From assembly GCA_011364905.1 (NCBI GenBank), contig RDNZ01000050.1, positions 1 to 18,420 on the forward strand: a stretch of 18,420 bases of DNA, given 5' to 3'. The DNA comes from Candidatus Thorarchaeota archaeon (GTDB lineage: Archaea > Asgardarchaeota > Thorarchaeia > Thorarchaeales > Thorarchaeaceae). A program made the translations under genes and the position numbers. Positions 1 through 6,831 of this stretch are shown piece after piece. Every line of letters starts with the position of its first letter. Within the stretch, counting starts at the first letter, position 1. The notes under the pieces are model-generated. The model was not told the DNA's origin. It saw nothing but the letters and a program-made list of their open reading frames with translations, and searched no databases.

Positions 1-172
1 GTTCGGCTCTCACCTGATTTGTTTTCATTTGTGGAGATCAGAACCTGAGAGTAGTGACAAGGGAGGAGCTGATAGGTCATTATTGGTCCTAACTCAGGTC
101 TTCAGTGCTGTTGGCATGCCGCCATTACCAATCAGGTTTTAACCTATCAAGGGAAAATGAGGATGAGTTTCA

Positions 173-391
173 ATGACTAGTAGAACTTGTCCCACAGAGA
201 AAAACAGAGAACGATGCGGGTGTACCTACCCGGGGTGTTCACGGAATGGATATTGTTGTGACTGTATTGACTATCACTGGAAACACCGTGAACTTCCGGG
301 ATGCCTGTTCCCACCCGAAGCAGAGAAAACCTATGACAGGTCTCTTGAATATTTTCTAGATGTCTGGAACAAGAAACTCGGTAAGAAATAG
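173..391 (+). CDS. Small Cys-rich hypothetical protein (DUF6485-like, probable metal-binding)
   Basis: 72 aa with CxCTYPGCSRxGxCCDCIxYH...LPGCLFPPEAEKTYDRS pattern; ATG start; TTTTAA about 30 nt upstream. Confidence 0.7.
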   Translation: MTSRTCPTEKNRERCGCTYPGCSRNGYCCDCIDYHWKHRELPGCLFPPEAEKTYDRSLEYFLDVWNKKLGKK

Positions 392-395
392 TGAG

Positions 396-473
396 TGGCG
401 GGCGCGCCAGGATTTGAACCTGGGATACCCAGCTCCGAAGGCTGGTGCCTTATCCAAACTAGACTACGCGCCC
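396..473 (-). tRNA. tRNA-Arg(UCG), intronless, CCA encoded
   Basis: Reverse complement GGGCGCG...CCAGC-CT-TCG-GA-GCTGG...CCAGG-TTCAAAT-CCTGG-CGCGCCC-G-CCA folds as a full cloverleaf. Confidence 0.95.
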
Positions 474-539
474 CGAAGAAAGCCTGATTTGCTGGACACT
501 TAAGGACTTCCATAGTGTTCTACTAGCCATTTGAGCGTA

Positions 540-1580
540 CTAAGTCCTTTCGAAGAGCTTGCGCATTTTTTCTTCTGTTGGATTTTTCACAACGCCTCGA
601 TCTGTGATGATTGCATCTACGAGTTCAGGAGGCGTCATGTCAAATGCAGGGTTGTACACCTTTGCATCAGGAACTGTGACATATTTCCCGTTGATGATAC
701 GAATCTCATCAGGATCGCGTTCCTCGATGACCACATCTTCGGGATTAGTTTGCATATCAATTGTTGATACTGGTGCGACAGAGTAGAATGGTATGTTATG
801 GTACTTCGCAGTGATTGCCATTGTATAGGTCCCGATTTTGTTGATGACATGACCGGTCCGCAGAATCCTATCAGCACCCACAACACAACAATCGACCCTT
901 CCCTCACGAAAGACTGTACCAATCATTCCATCTGTTATTAGCGTTGTATCGATGCCATCCTCCATGAACTCAAAGACTGTTATTCTGGCACCTTGTTGCC
1001 TAGGTCTAGTTTCTGCAGCATACACCTTGATATTACCATCATATTTCTCATGAGCCACCCTGACAACCGCACCAACTGTTCCTAGATGGACTGTGGCAAG
1101 AGAACCTGCGTTGCATATAGTCTGGATTGTGTAACCTGGTTTTATGAGAGAGAGAGCATTCTCGCCCATCTTCCTGCTCATCCGTACATCCTCCTCTGCA
1201 ATCTCCTTGGCCTCTTCGACCAGTCTTTCTATGATAGCATCAACACTGCCCTCAGTGTTCTTTGCAACCTCTAACATTCGATTTGTCGCCCATGTAAGGT
1301 TGAAAGCAGTTGGACGAGTGTTCAGAGTTTCTGCGGCTTTCTCAAGGTACTCTATCAGATCCCCAGTCGTTCGGGCTTTACTCTCGATTGCAGCCAATGC
1401 CATCCCCATTCCTGCAGCAGCACCGATTGCAGGAGCACCTCGAATCTCCATTATTTTGATTGACTTCGCGATACGTTCGTGACTTTTTGTAGTAATGTGT
1501 TCCAAGGTCAACGGTAGTTTGGTCTGGTCCACGAGACGTACCTCAGAGGTATCATCTAACCATTCGATTGTTCGAAACAT
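540..1580 (-). CDS. mtnA: S-methyl-5-thioribose-1-phosphate isomerase (eIF-2B/MtnA family)
   Basis: LVDQTKLP, IRGAPAIG, TRPTAFNL, CNAGSLAT, ETRPRQQGARIT, GADRI, NKIGTY and NPAFDMTP motifs. Confidence 0.88.
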   Translation of the reverse strand: MFRTIEWLDDTSEVRLVDQTKLPLTLEHITTKSHERIAKSIKIMEIRGAPAIGAAAGMGMALAAIESKARTTGDLIEYLEKAAETLNTRPTAFNLTWATNRMLEVAKNTEGSVDAIIERLVEEAKEIAEEDVRMSRKMGENALSLIKPGYTIQTICNAGSLATVHLGTVGAVVRVAHEKYDGNIKVYAAETRPRQQGARITVFEFMEDGIDTTLITDGMIGTVFREGRVDCCVVGADRILRTGHVINKIGTYTMAITAKYHNIPFYSVAPVSTIDMQTNPEDVVIEERDPDEIRIINGKYVTVPDAKVYNPAFDMTPPELVDAIITDRGVVKNPTEEKMRKLFERT

Positions 1581-1584
1581 CTCT

Positions 1585-2082
1585 CTATCCTCTCAAGTGT
1601 TCTTTCAGTATACGCTCCAATCTTACGATGGTCCTATCAACAACTTCCTGTATTTCCTGTGTCAAGCTCTCACCGAATTGAATACTTTTCGGCTGAATAC
1701 CTATCAATACAGTCTTGCCACCTGTTTCCTGTTCCAGATACATCATGAGAAATGATAGTGGCATGCTGTGTGTACTGAGAGTGACTCCTCCAATTCGGTC
1801 TTTTGTAATGAGTTCAACATGCCCGGGAGGTTTTCTCATATCAGCCGCATCAACCATGATAACTCGATCAGCACCAAACTTGGCTATTGGTCTGGCAAAC
1901 CCTTCAGGAACTGAACCCACATTTTCAATCATGACTCTATCGTCATCTATATTGAGTCTTTCAATGATGTAGGGTCCAAGCCCATCATCTGACCTAAGGT
2001 CATTCCCAATGCCCAAGACTGCAATCCTGCTGGCACCGGTGATGAAGTCCCTTAGCTCATCCTCGAAGTCGCTATTTGGCAC
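1585..2082 (-). CDS. hycI: Hydrogenase maturation protease (HycI/HyaD family)
   Basis: VLGIGNDLRSDDGLG, GSVPE, VDAAD, LSTHSMPL and IGIQP motifs. Confidence 0.85.
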   Translation of the reverse strand: MPNSDFEDELRDFITGASRIAVLGIGNDLRSDDGLGPYIIERLNIDDDRVMIENVGSVPEGFARPIAKFGADRVIMVDAADMRKPPGHVELITKDRIGGVTLSTHSMPLSFLMMYLEQETGGKTVLIGIQPKSIQFGESLTQEIQEVVDRTIVRLERILKEHLRG

Positions 2083-2177
2083 AAACTGGACTCATGACGA
2101 ATAGGCTATAGTTCTTGTGGCTTGGCGAAGGGTTTTTCACAATATCAGCAAGGCTAAACAAAGTAGGCGAGATATAA

Positions 2178-2816
2178 TTGACAGGTGAAGATGACAAGTT
2201 TCCAGAAATGGAACCATCCAAGGGTATTGAGGAAATTGATTTGGAAGAGGACGTCATCGAGGAACCTGTTGACGCTGTTTTTGATGGTAGAAAAGGGTAT
2301 GTAGGTAGTAGTGATGCCGACAAAATCTCGCAACAGGGATTCTATGGAAACCGGACAGATGACAATAGGTTAGAACTGGAGCCAGTTGAGCTCTTGCATC
2401 TTATTGAACGAAAACGACTGGTAGTGAAAAAGCCCGATGGTGAAAGTATTGGACCGGAATTCATTGTGAGTGAGTTACTTGATGATGATCAAGACCTATG
2501 GACCAAGTATCTTGTGTTTCGAGACCTAAGAAGCAGAGGATATGCAGTGCGCCAAGGATTTGGCAGTGGGATTGGATTTCGTGTCTATTCCAGAGGTGAC
2601 AAACCAGGAAACGCAAGTGCTAGCCAGTTGGTCTATGTTCTAAAAGAAGGTGTACCAATATCTCTAAGTGACTTAGACATGGTGACTCAAACAGCAGCTG
2701 GTTCACGAAAGAAGCTTGTTTTTGCTCTGGTTGATCAAAATGGTGAGGTTAACTTCTATCGAGTCGCACAGGCAAATCTTAGAACACTAGGAAGTGATGA
2801 CAATGGTGAGCGATGA
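2178..2816 (+). CDS. endA: tRNA-splicing endonuclease (EndA family) subunit, probably the structural (beta) subunit
   Basis: LELEPVELLHL, YLVFRDLRSRGYAV, GFRVY, RKKLVFALVD and EVNFY motifs; no His where the catalytic His is expected before LVYV. Confidence 0.82.
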   Translation: MTGEDDKFPEMEPSKGIEEIDLEEDVIEEPVDAVFDGRKGYVGSSDADKISQQGFYGNRTDDNRLELEPVELLHLIERKRLVVKKPDGESIGPEFIVSELLDDDQDLWTKYLVFRDLRSRGYAVRQGFGSGIGFRVYSRGDKPGNASASQLVYVLKEGVPISLSDLDMVTQTAAGSRKKLVFALVDQNGEVNFYRVAQANLRTLGSDDNGER

Positions 2817-4068
2817 AGACAGTGAGGAAATTCTGACTCTCAAAGCATTCTTTGATGAGCACACAATGAGTGTACATCTTGTCGAAAACAATCCACCCCG
2901 TGCTAAGAGAGGAGAACCTGGAAACTGGGAGCTTGTGGAGCTCTCTGATAGAATCCTCACATATCTTGAGTTAGATACCCTTGCGGAAGCAATACTTGAA
3001 ACAGCAGAGAATGACAGTAATTCGTTCATTGAGATTGAGGAGGAAGGAGCTGCTGTTGTTCAAATGAGGAATTTCAGAATAGCAATTGCTAGGCGCCCGT
3101 TTGCTGACAAAATGGAAATTTCTGCTATTAGACCAATTGTTAAACTGAGTCTTGAGGACTATGATCTCAGTCCGAAATTGATGAAAAGACTAGAGGCAAG
3201 AGCTGAAGGAATTCTTGTGTCTGGATCGCCGGGATCGGGAAAGAGTACATTCGCGGCAGCGTTAGCCGAGTTCTATAGCCACAAGGGAAATGTTGTGAAG
3301 ACCTTAGAACAGCCAAGAGACCTGCAGGTAGAAGAAGCAATAGTCCAATATTCCCCGTTGGACGGGAGCATGGAGAAAGCTGCAGATGTATTGCTCCTAG
3401 TTCGCCCTGATTTTGTGATTTATGACGAACTCAGGAAGAACTCTGACTTTCAGGCATACTCGGATCTTCGTTCGGCAGGTGTAGGGATGGTTGGGGTTGT
3501 ACATGCGGGGTCAGCTATTGATGCTCTTCAGAGATTACTCCTTGGAGGCCGCGTAGAGCTTGGACAAGTACCGAGTACTGTTGATACCATAGTTCATATA
3601 GAGGATGGACGTGTTGCTAAGGTATCAGCCATGTCACTGAAGGTAAAGCTTCCAACAGGTATGGGTGGAACACAGAGAGACCTGGCTCGTCCGGTCGTAG
3701 AGGTACGCGATTTTGAACGGGGAATATTAGAATACGAGATGTTCACATTTGGGGGCGAGAAGGTAGTTGTACCTGTCAGAGGAGGAGTTGTGCATGCTGA
3801 GAGGGGTGAGAGGCGTCCAGCAGGTAGAGGAGTGCCAGGTGAAACAGTACCTGTTTCTATAAGTTATAGCAAGAAAAAGGTCACAATCTATACTGGTAGA
3901 AAATATTCGAAACAGAGAATTGAAATCTTCGCAGATGACTCGTACCTATTTACAACAGTGGTAGGGCGTAATGGTGAGAGTTCTATCAGAATAAAAACTA
4001 GACAAGGGAGTAATCTTGTCGATGCCATGGAAGAAGGATCAAACATCACAGCGAAAATCGCTGAGTAA
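2794..4068 (+). CDS. PINA/VirB11-like P-loop ATPase lacking the N-terminal PIN domain (start may be ATG 2803)
   Basis: FFDEHTMSVHL...AKRGEPGNW, Walker A GSPGSGKST, TLEQPRDLQ, LLVRPDFVIYDELR, GVGMVGVVHA and DLARPVVEVRDF match the archaeal PIN-ATPase family core. Confidence 0.85.
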   Translation: MMTMVSDEDSEEILTLKAFFDEHTMSVHLVENNPPRAKRGEPGNWELVELSDRILTYLELDTLAEAILETAENDSNSFIEIEEEGAAVVQMRNFRIAIARRPFADKMEISAIRPIVKLSLEDYDLSPKLMKRLEARAEGILVSGSPGSGKSTFAAALAEFYSHKGNVVKTLEQPRDLQVEEAIVQYSPLDGSMEKAADVLLLVRPDFVIYDELRKNSDFQAYSDLRSAGVGMVGVVHAGSAIDALQRLLLGGRVELGQVPSTVDTIVHIEDGRVAKVSAMSLKVKLPTGMGGTQRDLARPVVEVRDFERGILEYEMFTFGGEKVVVPVRGGVVHAERGERRPAGRGVPGETVPVSISYSKKKVTIYTGRKYSKQRIEIFADDSYLFTTVVGRNGESSIRIKTRQGSNLVDAMEEGSNITAKIAE

Positions 4069-4121
4069 AAACGAACTCTACAAAAGCTTTAACAACGGAG
4101 AACTAACACGCTCAGTTTCAA

Positions 4122-4253
4122 GGGCCCGTTGCCTAGCCTGGACTTATACGATATATCTCATAAGAGGTTGATAGGGCACTAGCCTCCTATAGACTGTTTA
4201 TTGAGTCTGGTGTAAGTTAGTATTCCCCGGTTCAAATCCGGGCGGGCCCGCCA
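4122..4253 (+). tRNA. tRNA-Arg(CCU) with two introns: D-loop 19/20 (4142-4170, 29 nt) and canonical 37/38 (4190-4214, 25 nt)
   Basis: Removing both gives GGGCCCGTTGCCTAGCCTGGATAGGGCACTAGCCTCCTAAGTTAGTATTCCCCGGTTCAAATCCGGGCGGGCCCGCCA. D-loop BHB: GCCT/AGGT helix, GGA and TGA bulges, CTTAT/ATAAG stem. Anticodon intron stem AGACT/AGTCT. Confidence 0.92.
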
Positions 4254-4269
4254 CTTCTTTTTAACAGGA

Positions 4270-4953
4270 TTATTTCTTTAGGATGGAAACTCCGTCCTCT
4301 TTACCGACATGTACCTCATCAGTCATGTCTATAAAAAGACCAGTTTCTAAAACACCGGGAATCAGCTTCAAGTCAGTCGCAACTATTGCAGGATTGTCAA
4401 TTGGTTTGGGAAACTTGAGGTCAATAAGGAAATTTCCATTATCTGTCACGACCGGACCCATCTTCTTTGCAGCCTCTCGGACAATAGGTTCAATCCCCAT
4501 ATCTTTGATTTTTCGTTGAACCACACCCAAAGAAAATGGCAGTACTTCTATTGGAATTAAGAATCTGGAAGCCAATTTGTCAACAAGTTTTGATTCATCA
4601 ATGATTATTACTAGTTTTTTGGAGGCTGAGGCTACAATTTTTTCTCGAAACAGAGCCCCTCCACCGCCTTTTGTCAGATTGAGGTTCTTATCGACTTCAT
4701 CAGCACCATCAACTGTAAGGGTGAGTTCTGGATTTTGGTCAAGGTTAGTCAGTGGAATACCATGACTGATTGCCAACTGATATGCTTGGTACGAGCTGGG
4801 AACTACACAGATATCACTCTCACCTTGTGAGATTAGATGTCCTAATTCCTTAGCAAAAATCGCTACAGTTGATCCGCTACCAAGACCAATTGAGCCGCTT
4901 TTGGGTATCGCTTTTAGCGCACTTCTTGCGGCATTAAGCTTTACTTGTGACAT
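4270..4953 (-). CDS. rpiA: Ribose-5-phosphate isomerase A
   Basis: GLGSGST, DGADEVD, KGGGGALFREKIVA, PIEV, VTDNGN and PGVLETGLF motifs. Confidence 0.95.
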   Translation of the reverse strand: MSQVKLNAARSALKAIPKSGSIGLGSGSTVAIFAKELGHLISQGESDICVVPSSYQAYQLAISHGIPLTNLDQNPELTLTVDGADEVDKNLNLTKGGGGALFREKIVASASKKLVIIIDESKLVDKLASRFLIPIEVLPFSLGVVQRKIKDMGIEPIVREAAKKMGPVVTDNGNFLIDLKFPKPIDNPAIVATDLKLIPGVLETGLFIDMTDEVHVGKEDGVSILKK

Positions 4954-5019
4954 TGTATGGTCTCCATCGGTAAGTGGTTGACCAGTACACTAAGCTTCCC
5001 AAAAGCTTTCCGAGAGAGA

Positions 5020-5223
5020 TCAGACAACACCATATGGACATATAGTCCCTGTCTTGGGTCTCCAGTAGACTGCCCACCTACCATCTTCCACAGGTATGAT
5101 GGCAATAGCACAGTTGTCCTCAAGAGACTTCGCGAGACTCTCGGCATTTCTTTTATTATGAAGCACGTCAACCAAGCGATAGACCTGACCATTCACCAAT
5201 TGCCATCTGGAGAGCTTCATCAT
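5020..5223 (-). CDS. Small hypothetical protein, paralogue of 10189-10401
   Basis: Shares WxLVxGxVYRL...A...L...WAVYxRPK...C with the ORF at 10189-10401. Confidence 0.72.
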   Translation of the reverse strand: MMKLSRWQLVNGQVYRLVDVLHNKRNAESLAKSLEDNCAIAIIPVEDGRWAVYWRPKTGTICPYGVV

Positions 5224-5240
5224 ATGGTAATGTCTGTGTC

Positions 5241-5252
5241 TTTCTTAATAAT
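5241..5252 (-). promoter_or_regulatory. TATA-like element ATTATTAAGAAA at -29..-18 from the ATG
   Basis: Identical 12-mer at identical spacing upstream of the paralogue (10419-10430). Confidence 0.6.
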
Positions 5253-5323
5253 GATGCAATAGCGAATTTGGTCGTTATTCTCATTTGTGGATGTAAAAAA
5301 ATGGCATTTAGTATACTAAAGGA

Positions 5324-6310
5324 CTAATCGCCACCCATGAGTGCCTTCAAACGTTCCATTTCAGCTAGCATTTCTGACTGAAGTGAACTTTTTCCTCCAG
5401 CTGGTTTGGGAGTTTCAGTAGCTGTGCCTCCGGGAGGAGCAGCACCTGGGCCACCTCCTGGGGCACCACCTGGGGGACCGCCACCCGGTGGGCCACTGCT
5501 TGGAGGCGCACTCACTGGAGTCGTATCACTCGGAACTGTTTCTACTGGAGCTGCACCGCTTGGAGCGCCACCTCCTGGGGGACCGCCACTTGGGGGACCA
5601 CCTCCTGGAGGGCCACCTCCTGGGGCACCACCGCTCGGGGGACCACCACCCGGTGGGCCACCGCTTGGAGGAGCACTTTCTGGAGCCGCACCACCTGGGG
5701 GACCTGTGCTCACTTTTTCAGGCATCCCAACACTAGATGGTCCAGCACCTTCTGTATCGGATTCTACTGCTGTTCCAGACATCGCTGCGAGTTTGGCCAA
5801 ATAGTCAGAACGTGCTCTATCAACTGCAGATGATGTGTCAACAATTTGCTTGAGCTCTTCATCTTTTGCCAGAGCATCCTTTACTGATGACAAACGACCT
5901 TGATATACAGCGGTCAGTTTATCCTTTATCCCTTCATCAATGTCACCTTGTTGATTGTAGTAATCAATTGCGGACAATGCTTGTTGGATAGCGTTTTCTT
6001 CAACTTTTAGAAATACCAGTGCCTGTGCTGGGGTCTTGAGGAATTTGAGTTTCTTAGTACCAGCTAAACTACCTGAAACATCGCCAGTTGATGCCAGAAT
6101 TTTCCTGACTCCCTCATCAACATTGGCACTTCCGGAACCACGTCGTCCGCGTACCGCCAGTACGACTATGATTACAAGTAGGGGAGAAACGGTTAGAATG
6201 AACATCCAAGCTTCAGGACCAAAAGGAAGACCCAATGATTGAAAGAAGTCTGATATTGGCCTGAAGAGATCTATTATTGTTCGTGTGAATTCTTGATAGG
6301 GAGTTTGCAA
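5324..6310 (-). CDS. Single-pass membrane protein with helical domain, Pro/Gly-rich repeats and C-terminal amphipathic helix
   Basis: TM segment AWMFILTVSPLLVIIVVLAV followed by RGRR; GGPP(S/G)G repeats; terminal SLQSEMLAEMERLKALM; GGTGA SD upstream of the TTG start. Confidence 0.8.
   Translation of the reverse strand: MQTPYQEFTRTIIDLFRPISDFFQSLGLPFGPEAWMFILTVSPLLVIIVVLAVRGRRGSGSANVDEGVRKILASTGDVSGSLAGTKKLKFLKTPAQALVFLKVEENAIQQALSAIDYYNQQGDIDEGIKDKLTAVYQGRLSSVKDALAKDEELKQIVDTSSAVDRARSDYLAKLAAMSGTAVESDTEGAGPSSVGMPEKVSTGPPGGAAPESAPPSGGPPGGGPPSGGAPGGGPPGGGPPSGGPPGGGAPSGAAPVETVPSDTTPVSAPPSSGPPGGGPPGGAPGGGPGAAPPGGTATETPKPAGGKSSLQSEMLAEMERLKALMGGD
5430..5705 (-). repeat. Degenerate 15-bp coding tandem repeats (GGPPG/GGPPS/GGAPG units)
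   Basis: Recurrent CCACCTCCTGGGG / GGACCGCCAC / CCGCTTGGAG units on the + strand. Confidence 0.8.
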
Positions 6311-6569
6311 TTATTTCACCTACTGGTACTTCGTCCTATGCCTTCCTAGGCGTTTTTGTTTGCTATTTTACTTTTCTAGTAAGGATTAGGGTTTGTAAGA
6401 CATGCGTCTTATTCCTATGGAAGCGGTACTTATCAGTTACCAAGACACGGGGGCTCATAAACATAACTTTGACTAATAAAAGTTCGAACTCTGTCCAATT
6501 AACAGCTGGTTGAATAGTATAGTCGTTCACTTTGGTCCAGCTCGGTTTCTCTTAATTGGTATTGCTGCT

Positions 6570-6588
6570 GCGAAAACTCTATAATATC
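6570..6588 (+). promoter_or_regulatory. Archaeal BRE/TATA promoter upstream of the tRNA-Thr 5' exon copy
   Basis: GCGAAAA followed by CTCTATAATAT, about 25-30 nt before 6611. Confidence 0.6.
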
Positions 6589-6610
6589 TTCAGAGTGACC
6601 AGCAGGCTGT

Positions 6611-6638
6611 GCCCCAGTGGCTTAGTGGCTATAGCGGC
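6611..6638 (+). other. Isolated copy of the tRNA-Thr 5' exon (acceptor 5' strand + D arm); alternative 5' exon, split half or att remnant
   Basis: GCCCCAGTGGCTTAGTGGCTATAGCGGC is 27/28 identical to the predicted spliced tRNA-Thr(UGU); the only difference is T6626 vs A8374. No local T-arm or acceptor 3' strand. Confidence 0.85.
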
Positions 6639-6831
6639 CTTTTGGGTGATTAGAGATGTTTTTTGGACTACATTAGCGTACTTTAGTTGTTCTTAGGACA
6701 ACAAAGCATCTAGTTTTCCGTCATTTCGACTGTCCACGTGACTCAAACGGCGATTTTTCCAGCATGTGGGTTTATCTAAAGAAAGTGCAGGTTCCTTGTA
6801 TGACTTCATATTCAATGAGGAGGTTAATGGT

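Noticed and set aside
1-140. SRP RNA, RNase P RNA or SECIS element
   Set aside because: Diagnostic SRP helix-8, RNase P GAGGAAAGUCC and SECIS core motifs not found
331-513. 60-aa minus-strand ORF
   Set aside because: Overlaps tRNA-Arg(UCG); spurious translation of the tRNA
5430-5705. Repeats as a possible CRISPR array
   Set aside because: Degenerate in-frame coding repeats with no unique spacers and no cas genes
5406-5804. Plus-strand Pro/Gly-rich ORF (132 aa) and His/Leu-rich ORF 5488-5736
   Set aside because: Antisense shadows of the GC-rich repeats of the 5324-6310 gene
6599-6610. CAGCAGG before the exon copy as evidence of a permuted tRNA
   Set aside because: Only a 7-nt match to the 3' exon; no T arm or acceptor strand upstream
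6638-6780. A complete multi-intron tRNA continuing locally from 6611 (TTCGACT at ~6725 as T-loop)
   Set aside because: No paired T stem, no anticodon arm, and no CTGGGGC acceptor strand or CCA in this stretch
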